Source: Octopus vulgaris (taxonomy: Eukaryota). Taken from it: 64,000 nt of DNA. How positions within the stretch are numbered: position 1 is the first letter of the stretch; each line of letters opens with the position of its first letter. The DNA lies in the NCBI GenBank assembly GCA_951406725.2, contig OX597838.1, forward strand, positions 36,704,001 through 36,768,000. Direction: 5' to 3'. A model generated the notes under the pieces. The model searched no databases. It was not told the origin of the DNA and saw nothing but the letters and a program-made list of their open reading frames with translations. Shown here piece after piece: positions 53,686 to 64,000 of the stretch. The position numbers were made by a program, and so were the translations under genes.

Positions 53686-54073
53686 TTTTACTCTTTTACT
53701 TGTTTCAGTCATTTGACTGTGGCCATGCTGGAGCACCACCTTTAGTCAAGCAAATCGACCCCGGGTCTTATCCTTTGTAAGCCTAGTACTTATTCTATCG
53801 GTCTCTTTTGCTGAACCGTAAAGTGACGGGGACGTAAACACACCAGCATCGGTTGTCAAGCAATGCTAGGGGGACAAACACACACACACAAACACACACA
53901 CATACATATATATATATACATATATACGACAGGCTTCTTTCAGTTTCCGTCTACCAAATCCACTCACAAGGCTATAGCAGAAGACACTTGCCCAAGATGC
54001 CACGCAGTGGGACTGAACCCGGAACCATGTGGTTGGTTAGCAAGCTACTTACCACACAGCCACTCCTGCACCT
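53686..54073 (-). mobile_element. SINE family A
   Basis: Reverse complement of the consensus with a small internal deletion. Confidence 0.9.
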
Positions 54074-54375
54074 ATATAGTCCATTTTTTAGTATCACAGT
54101 GCATTATTGTACCATTCGAAACTTTTTATTCTTTACAAACAGCACACAATTCTTCAAGCGAAATGCAATACTCTCCTATTATACCATAACTATATCTATA
54201 TATAACCCATGCTAGCATGGAAAATGGACATTAAACAATGATGATGATGATGATGATAGTGGTGGTGGTGATGATGGTGATGATGATGATGGTGGTGATG
54301 GTGGTGATGATGATGATGATGGTGTGGTGATGGTGGTGATGATGAAGGCGGTGGTGGTGGTGATGGTGGTGGTGG

Positions 54376-54415
<40 letters not shown>

Positions 54416-55407
54416 AGTGGTGGTGGTGATGATGGTGATGGTGATGGTGATGGTGATGGTGTTGATGAAGATGATGGTGATGGGGATATATATATAAATA
54501 GACATAGACATATATAATGGTAAAGTATAATATGTATTATACTGCAGTGTTATTACCGATACAACTTATATTGCCATAAACCTATGTTTGGTATATTGAA
54601 CTTCTATATGACAGATTTAGTCTCATGGTTCATGTTTCCTGTGATACAAAGGTAAGTAGATTTCTTGTAAGATCAAAGACCGATTAGTTGACCGATACCT
54701 GTAAAATGCTATGTAAAAGAGTTATCATTGAGAAGCTATAATTTATTTGCCTTTACTATTGATGTAAATCTACTTCTAAATGTGTGCTTCTATATGCAAT
54801 CTAATTGGAAGTCATATGATATCATAACATACTGCATGGGTAGGACAACAATAACTTTAAAGAAAGTTATGCTCAACACTTACACTCTTTTAGATGTATT
54901 TAAAGGGTAAAATCCACATCATTTCTCCTTCATTGTCTCAAGACTCTGGGACCACTGAAATGATTTTTTCAACATCATATGGTGATTTCTTGACGGAGGT
55001 TCTTTGGAAATAAGTAAAGGTTCACAACAGGATGAGTATATCTGTCTGTAGACTACTGCCTCAAAAAGTCTTATCTGCCTCATGTGAAAGGGGACAAAGA
55101 TCCTTGTTTTGACTATGTCTTCCAGGTAAATATTAGAGAGAAGGAAGCATTGTACACTTCTAGAAAATATAGAAGGAATGACGATGACATTCTATGCTGT
55201 GATACGTCAGTCTGAGGTACCTGTTTTGAGCAGCCAAAGACAAAAAAATATACATGGATATAATCCCCTGGTGAACTATCATCGTTGTCCTGATCATGAT
55301 CATGACCATGATGATGATCATCATCATCAATATCATCACCATCACCACTATCATCATCATCATTATTCTAATCCTTTTACAGTTCACTCTTCTATACTTG
55401 CATGCAA

Positions 55408-55880
55408 AGGCGGTGAGCTGGCAGAAACGTCAGCACGCCGGGCGAAATGCGTAGCCATATTTCGTCTGCCGCTACATTCTGAGTTCAAATTCCGCCGAGG
55501 TTGACTTTGCCTTTCATCCTTTCGGGGTTGATAAATTAAGTACCAGTTACGCACTGGGATCGATGTAATCGACTTAATCCGTTTGTCTGTCCTTGTTTGT
55601 CCCGCTAAGTGACGGGGACATAAACACACCAGCATCGGTTGTCAAGCAATGCTAGGGGGACAAACACAGACACACAAACACACACACGCATATATATATA
55701 TATATATACATATATACGACGGGCTTCTTTCAGTTTCCATCTACCAAATCCACTCACAAGGCATTGGTCGGCCCGGGGCTATAGCAGAAGACACTTGCCC
55801 AAGGTGCCACGCAGTGGGACTGAACCCGGAGCCATGTGGTTGGTAAGCAAGCTACTTACTACACATCCATTCCTGCGCCT
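55408..55880. mobile_element. Family D SINE (+, 55408-55602) fused to a 3'-truncated family A SINE (-, 55603-55880)
   Basis: Both consensus sequences join at GTTTGTCCCGCTAAG. Confidence 0.85.
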
Positions 55881-56229
55881 ATATATACTCATTACAGATA
55901 TAAGGTAAAGAATTACTAACTTAATAATTAATAAATTTTACCAAGTAGTTTCGGTATGGAAATGTGAGTTACAAATATTGTTGTCTGTGGAGTCATATTT
56001 TGTAGTTAAAAGAATTAGTTGTCTTTTGGCTGCTATTTCTAAATTTTCGGTATGTGGTGAAGAAACTTGTTTCTAAAACCTTAATTATATATGTATATAT
56101 ATATATATGTTTATACACACACATGCATATATATGTATATGTGTGTATGTAAATATGTGTATATATGTGTGTGTGTTTATGTATGTATATATATAGGTAT
56201 GTATGTTTATGTATGTATGCTTATATATG

Positions 56230-56278
<49 letters not shown>

Positions 56279-56616
56279 GTATGTTTATGTATAAATATAT
56301 ATATGTTTATGTATATATGTGCGTATATATATGTGTGTGTGTGTGTCTATATGTATATATATACATATGTGTATATATGTATAAATATGTATATATATAT
56401 ATTTATGTGTATGTATAGTGTGCCCATATTTCTCCTTATTTATTACTTATGTATTTACATACCTCTTCTCTCATGCTCTCTCCCTCTCTCTCTTCCACAC
56501 ACATCTACACAGTATCGAGACCTATCTCTGTTTACGTATGTGTTTACATATATATATATATATACACATATCTATATTTATATATATATATACATATATA
56601 TATAAATATATGTATG

Positions 56617-56675
<59 letters not shown>

Positions 56676-56727
56676 TATATATATTTATATATTTATATAT
56701 ATATTTATTTATATATATTTATATATT

Positions 56728-56758
<31 letters not shown>

Positions 56759-57078
56759 TTATATATATATATATATTTATTTATATATATATATATATTT
56801 ATATACATGTGTGTATATATATACATATGTATATATATATATATTGTTTTATTGTGTACCTGGTTTCTTTATAAAAATGTAGTTCCATTAGAAATAAATT
56901 AACTCTGTATCCTTCCATCTAAACATCATATTTCTATAACACAACCCTCAGGCAATTCAACAACAACAACAACAGCAACAACAAACCTATTAAGAACAAC
57001 ACCACCACCATCATCATCATCATCATCAACAGCATTAAAAAACAAACTAATTACAAGCTGTAAAAATAAACGCACGCT

Positions 57079-57137
<59 letters not shown>

Positions 57138-57561
57138 GTACTTACAGAATGGATACATATAGACACACACAAACAGACACAGTGCTCCCAAATCTTATGC
57201 ACACTTACGCAGAGAAAGACAGACACATATACATACAAAAATATACACACATACACACATAGAGATCTCACAAATTGTATACACATATATAGTCGCAGAA
57301 AGAAAGACACACATGCATACGCACACACACACACACACACACACGTACACAGCAATACACATATGTACATACATACGGAAAGACACACAAAGTACTCGCA
57401 TATCATATACGTGTATACGCACACACACACACTCACACACAGATACATACGGAGTACTTGCAAATCATATATCCATATACATATAGATAAGAAAGACACA
57501 CACACACTCACATATACACGCTTACATACACACAAAACATATACTGAAAGAAGAGACATGT

Positions 57562-57597
<36 letters not shown>

Positions 57598-58406
57598 CCC
57601 TGCAGAGTACTCACAAAACACACTCAGAGTAACACACACACACACACACACACACATCAGTTATGTAGTCCTACACAGGAATATACATATATATATATAC
57701 ATACACCCTCTGTATTCCACCTCATAAGCGCACACATTCTCATACACACATACACGCATAAGCTGACATACTCTCACATGCATACATAATCTCTCTCACA
57801 CACACACACACACATTCATTCACTTTTACATTGAATCACGCAAGCACATACACATACTCTCTCTACAGAGAATTTTTAATTTAATAATGAAAGAAAATTG
57901 AAAAAAAAAAATAAATGAGTATATACATATATATATATATGAAAAAAATATTTGGTCAACGTTATTAAGTTTTGCTGTTAATGAGCTAAAAACCATTTTG
58001 ATATAATTAAGACTGAAAAACAAACATCATTATCGTCAACATCACCCTCCTCTTCCTCCGCATCCTCATCACTATTAGCATTATCATCATTCACATCGTT
58101 AACGTCATTGTGTTCACGACCACCCACACTATCATCATCATGCCATCAAAGGTGCCTGTCGAAAGTCTTTGAATCTGCTAGAAATAGTAGCCCAAATCTT
58201 AATCAGTTCACAAAATCCCACCCGACTTTCGTAAAAACAGTGGATATATTGCATAGAGTAGTCATGTGTGTGTATGTGCATGCATGTATGTATTTATGTG
58301 TATGTGTGTGTGTGGTTGTGTCTGGGTGTGAGTATATATATATACGTACATTCCAAATTAAGCCACATGGAACAATAGGGAAATTAGATGATTATGATAT
58401 ATATAC

Positions 58407-58439
<33 letters not shown>

Positions 58440-58701
58440 CATAAGCACATATATGTGTGTGTATATATACATATATACATATACATATATACACATACGT
58501 AAGGTGGGGAGCTGGCACAGACGTTAACATGCCGGACGAAATGCTTAGTGGTATTTGGTCTGCCGTTACTGCCAATTAAATAAGTACCAGTTACGTACTG
58601 CGGTCAATGTAATCAATTTAATCCCTTTGTCCGTCGTTGGTTGTCCCCTCTATTTGTAGCCCCTTGTGGGTAATAAAAAAATATATATATATGTACACAT
58701 A

Positions 58702-59112
58702 CATCATCATCATCGTTTAACATCTGCTTTCCATGCTAGCATGGGTTGGACGGTTCAACTGGGGTCTGGCAAGCCCGAAGGCTGCACCAGGCCAGTCCAG
58801 TCAGATCTGGCAGTGTTTCTACAGCTGGATGCCCTTCCTAACGCCAACCACTCCGAGAGTGTAGTGGGTGATTTTATGTGCCACCGACACAGGTGCCAGA
58901 CGAGGCTGGCAGATGGCCACGCTCGGATGGTGTTTTTTATGTGCCACCGACACAGGTGCCAGACGAGCCTGGCAGACGGCCACGCTCGGATGGTGTTTTT
59001 TATGTGCCACCGACACAGGTGCCAGACGAGGCTGGCAGACGGCCACGTTCGGATGGTGTTTGTTACGTGCCCTCAGCACGGAGGCCAGTCGATGCGGTAC
59101 TGGCTACGGTCA
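58702..59112 (-). mobile_element. Retroposon family C with internal ~61-bp repeats
   Basis: Near mirror image of 34342-34752, with the same 5' end point. Confidence 0.87.
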
Positions 59113-59713
59113 CATACATACATAAATGCATAAATATATGTGTGTGTGTGTGTGTGTATATATTCTCTTATTCTCTTTTCTCTTTTACTTGTTTCAGTCA
59201 TTTGAGCAAGCTTTCTTCTATCATACTCTCAATTTTGGTCAACTTGTGCTGCAGGGTCTCGGAGGAGATAGTGTTAGTTGAAGGCTACCAAACCTTCCAC
59301 ACACACACATAGACAACTTATACTTTATATGTATAGATATATAAAAAATGTGCATGGCTGTGTGGGTCTGGTTTCAATCTCACTGCATGGCATTTGGGGC
59401 AAATGTCTTCTACTATAGCCTCAGGGCAACAAAAGTCTTGTGTGTGGATTTGGTAGCCAGAAACCAAAAGAAGCTCATCATATATGTGTATATGTGAGTG
59501 TCTTTGTGTCTGTGTTTGTCCTCCACCTCCACTTGACAATTAGTACTGGTTTGTTCATGTCCTCATAACTTAGCGGTTCAGCAAAAGAGATTGATAGAAC
59601 AAGTACCATGCTTAAAAAAGAAAAATGATAAGTACCAGGGTCATTTCATTTGAGTAAAATTATTCAAAATTCTTCAGTCACCAGTCTGTGGCCCCATCAT
59701 AGCTAAGACAAAA

Positions 59714-59756
<43 letters not shown>

Positions 59757-59819
59757 ACGCACACACACATGATGATCAGTTACGTGCACGGCAAACGTTG
59801 AGACTGAAAACAAAGACAT

Positions 59820-60024
59820 ACTCTTTTACTTGTTTCAGTCATTTGACTGTGGCCATGCTGGAGCACTGCCTTTAGTCAAGCAAATCAACCCCAGGACTTA
59901 TTCTTTGTAAGCCCAGTACTTATTCTATCGGGCTCTCTTTTGCCGAACCGCTAAGTGACGGGGACGTAAACACACCAGCATCGGTTGTCAAGCGATGTTG
60001 CGGGGGACAAACACAGACACACAA

Positions 60025-60081
<57 letters not shown>

Positions 60082-60210
60082 TATATAACGGGAAAGTTTA
60101 CATACACATATATATACGACGAGCTTCTTTCAGTTTCCATCTACCAAATCCACTCACAAGGCTTTGGTCGGCCCGAGGCTATAGTAGAAGACACTTGCTG
60201 AAGGTGCCAT
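59820..60210 (-). mobile_element. SINE family A, 5'-truncated
   Basis: Reverse complement of the consensus. Confidence 0.9.
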
Positions 60211-60674
60211 ACAGTGCCATACACTCCTACACCTACATGCATAATCTTTTTTTTCAACATGTTCTTGTAGGTACAAATGTGAATATGTCTATCTCTATTG
60301 TATTTCATCTCAGGAGAATAAGCTTTACTTTAAGTTAAATCTATATTCATAGCATACTTCATTCATTAGCGTGAGGAAGACTCTGGCGTGCCATTGTTGT
60401 GTCTCGTCAGCTAAAGGCACCCTGGATTAATGAACCTAGCAAGAGTTCATTGCTCTTGATTATAACTTCAGCAAATTATTTGCTGCTGTGTGCTCATATC
60501 TGCCAACTGATATATAAATAAATATATATATGTATGTATATGCATGCATTAATGTGTATATGTATGCATTCATGTATGTACATTAATATGTATGTATATT
60601 TATATATATATATTCATATATATGTGTGTATATATATGCATGTATGTATATGCATTTACATATGTGTGTGTATT

Positions 60675-60707
<33 letters not shown>

Positions 60708-60718
60708 ATGTGTATATG

Positions 60719-61005
60719 TGGAGGCGCAATGGCCCAGTGGTTAGGGCAGTGGACTCGCGGCAGTGGGATCGCGGTTTCGATTCCCAGACCGGGCGTTGTG
60801 AGTGTTTATTGAGCAAAAACACCTAAAAGCTCCACGAGGCTCTGGCAGGGGGTGGTGGTGATCCCTGCTGTACTCTTTCACCACTCTTTCTCCCACTCTT
60901 CCTTCTGTTGCGGGGTGGCATCATTCGAAGGCTAAAACAATGCAAACGCATTGTGACCAGCGATGTGTAACAACATTTGATGGTCTGGTCGGTCATGTGA
61001 TCACG
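60719..61005 (+). mobile_element. SINE with family B head and an alternative 3' tail
   Basis: Matches B to ~60908, then diverges (GCGGGGTGGCATCATTCGAAGG...). Confidence 0.85.
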
Positions 61006-61352
61006 TGATATGTGTATATATGTGTGTGCATACATATGCAGGTATACATGCATGTATATAAATATATTTAATCCTGAAAATATTATTTATGTAATGCAAA
61101 CACTCATTTTTTTACCTGAAAGTATATATATTTCTATACTGGCATCATGCTTCTCCCAAGGTTCAATAGTATATATATTTTCATGTTTATGTATAGATAT
61201 ATATATACATATATACGTATAGATGTATATCCATATGTGTGTGTGTATATATATATATATATGTGTGTGTGTGTATAGATGTGTGTATATATATATATGT
61301 GTATAGATATACACAAATATATACATGTATATACACAAACACATATACATAG

Positions 61353-61388
<36 letters not shown>

Positions 61389-61479
61389 GCACACACATAT
61401 ATATACATATATATATATGTACATATATACATACATGTATATATATGTACATATATATACATATATATATATGTGTGTG

Positions 61480-61510
<31 letters not shown>

Positions 61511-61518
61511 ATACATAC

Positions 61519-61609
<91 letters not shown>

Positions 61610-61719
61610 CACACACACATATATATATGTATATATATGTACATATATATACATGTATGTACATATATACATACATGTATATATATGTACATATATATAC
61701 ATATATATATATGTGTGTG

Positions 61720-61750
<31 letters not shown>

Positions 61751-63024
61751 ATACATACATATATATATATATATACACACACACATATACACACACACAC
61801 ACACATATATATACACACACACACACACATATACACAAGCACACACTGCTGATAGATAGCTAAGTATAAGCAAAGCTCTATAGATGGTTTTATCGTATTA
61901 ACCCCTCCTTGTGCTGTGTGGTGCTTTTGATTTACTTACCCCCAGTTTCCCTACATGCTACTGTAATTATCGGATTAATTATTTTATCAGTTCTCCAACC
62001 TCTTGATTTATTGACGAATTAATTCTTCTAATTGTCTGTTTTTATTGCCTTCATTATTACTTTCACCATCAACACTGTCATCATCATCATCATCATCATC
62101 ACCACCATCCTCCATAGGCTGATCATCACCACCATCATATCCTTCACCATCATCATCATAACCATCATATCCATCGACATCGTCGCCATCATTATCATTG
62201 TTCTTACCACCACCCTCGTTCTCATCATCATATCAATCATCATCATCACCACCATCATCATGACCATCATTATTCCCATTGTAATCCTTCGTTATATGCA
62301 AAATCTCAATTACTTTATCATCATCATCACTGTCATCAGAATCCCCCTCCTCCCCCTCCTCCTTCTTCTTCTCCTCCTTCTTCTCCTCATTATCATCGGT
62401 TCCATTTATCTACCTTCAATATTAATATTCGAAATTGTCAGAGCCATTATCACAACATTAATTTTTCCCTAATAAAGTCGTAATATTTGCATTTCAGCTT
62501 GATGGTGGCCTAATTGATTACTTTAACCCTTTTATATGACTGGTACCTTATTTTATCAACTTTGGACGGATGAAAGGCAAAGTTGACTTTGGCAATGTCA
62601 AATGACGGTTGTTTCTCATAGTCCAAAAAAAGACGGTTCTGAAATTCCTTGCTGAAAAACCTAAGCAATTGATTCGTTTAGAGAGATCAGATGTTTTTAC
62701 TGTACATTATCTCATTCCCTTCATCAAATCAACGTTACCTGAACAGGTGCACAGGGCACCTCATCTCAGGTGTTAAAGTGATCATAGAGTAACATGAGAT
62801 AAAATGTTTTTACTCAAGTCCACAATACACTAACCAGCCCAGGAATTGAAACTATGATCTCATGATCATCAGTGCCATGCCTTAACCACTGGGCCATGCA
62901 CCCTCTCTCGCATACACATGCATATGTATCTCCTAATATAATAATGAGCGTAGTGTTTTTATATATTTGTATATATATACATATTTGTCCAGAATCATGC
63001 TGGATGCGGAGGAGGAGGAAAAAT

Positions 63025-63136
63025 AGTAATTCAGTGAAGGAGAAGTAGTGAGAGTAATTCAGTGGCGGAGAAGTAGTGAGAGTAATTCAGTGATGGAGAA
63101 GTAGTGAGAGTAATTCAGTGAAGGCGAAGTAGAGAG
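63025..63136. repeat. 28-bp minisatellite, 4 copies
   Basis: AGTAATTCAGTG(A/G)NGG(A/C)GAAGTAG(T/A)GAG at 63025, 63053, 63081 and 63109. Confidence 0.9.
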
Positions 63137-63389
63137 AGCCCTGACTGAGAGGGAGTGAGGGAAAGTAATAGCAATGAGAGAATGGAAGGGGTGATAGGGG
63201 AATAAGGAAGGATAAAGTGAAAAAAAATTCAGCATTTCAACTCTGTGTGAGCATATGTGTGTTTGTGTGTGCGTGTACAAATGAAGTATGTGAATGTTTG
63301 TATGTGTGATTATCATGTACCTTATCTATATATAAAATACTACAATTAGCCATCATTATTGACTGCATGTGGTCAGTTATTATATATAT

Positions 63390-63695
63390 ATTGTTGTTTG
63401 TTCCTTCTCAAGCCACGCCTGGCTCATAGGGCCGGTTTCCTGGTTTTCTTGACATATAGGTTCCCCACCTTGATGGGATGCTGGTCTGTCGCAGGTGAGC
63501 TGCAAGATGCAGGAGGAAAGAGTGAGAGAAAGTTGTGGCAAAAGAGTCAGCAGAAGTTCACCATTACCTTCTGCCGGAGCCGCGTGGAGCTTAGGTGTTT
63601 CACTCATAAACACACACATCGCCCAGTCTGAGATTCAAACCCGCGATCCCTTGATCACGAGTCCACTGATCTAACCACTAGGCCATGTGCCTCCA
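63390..63695 (-). mobile_element. SINE with family B-like head and a third type of tail
   Basis: Head TGGAGGCACATGGCCTAGTGGTTAG on minus; B-like to ~63515, then unrelated to the 41432 tail. Confidence 0.8.
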
Positions 63696-63702
63696 CAGTA
63701 TA

Positions 63703-64000
63703 TTACTCTTTTACTTGTTTCAGTTATTTGACTGCGGCCATGCTGGAGCACTGCCTTTTAGTCGAGCAAATCGACCCCGGAACTTATTCTTTGTAAGCCC
63801 AGTACTTATTCTATCGGTCTCTTTTGCCGAACCGCTAAGTGACAGTGACGTAAACACACCAGCATCGGTTGTCAAGCAATGCTAGGACAAACACAGAGAC
63901 ACAAACACATACACACACACACATATATATACATATATACGACAGGCTTCTTTCAGTTTCCGTCTACCAAATCCACTCACAAGGCATTGGTCGGCCCGGG
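63703..64000 (-). mobile_element. SINE family A, cut by the window edge
   Basis: Reverse complement of the consensus. Confidence 0.9.

Noticed and set aside
54615-55125. Possible micro-exons 54615-54651 (strong GTAAGT donor) and 55052-55125
   Set aside because: Weak acceptors, incompatible phases with each other and no recognisable homology; cannot be supported without RNA data.

Overview
AT-rich eukaryotic non-coding DNA dominated by microsatellites and interspersed repeats. The repeat repertoire looks like an octopus (coleoid cephalopod) genome; this is inference from pattern, not a database result. Almost all ORFs in the supplied track are translations of (TA)n/(CA)n/(ATT)n/(CAC)n tracts. 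Real coding signal is limited to: a 5'-truncated, frameshifted Penelope-like retroelement (RT + GIY-YIG, Neptune-like, ~23131-25120) with a well-preserved 3' pseudo-LTR; decayed mariner, maT/DD37D, RTE and second PLE fragments; and one good candidate 168-nt host exon (32527-32694, +), suggesting the window is mostly intron. At least five SINE-like families, a complete non-autonomous Helitron and TTAA-flanked MITEs are present. Most interesting: nine minimal type-I hammerhead-ribozyme-like motifs from about six unrelated small elements, mostly in or beside microsatellites. They include a near-intact one (7502-7571, -), a U3-A8 covariant one in the PLE pseudo-LTR, and a tRNA-headed SINE carrying a hammerhead (42985-43396). 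The pseudo-LTR also has five fixed-spacing CCAAT/CRE modules, TATA, Inr, ATG and a splice donor that is in frame with the candidate host exon.
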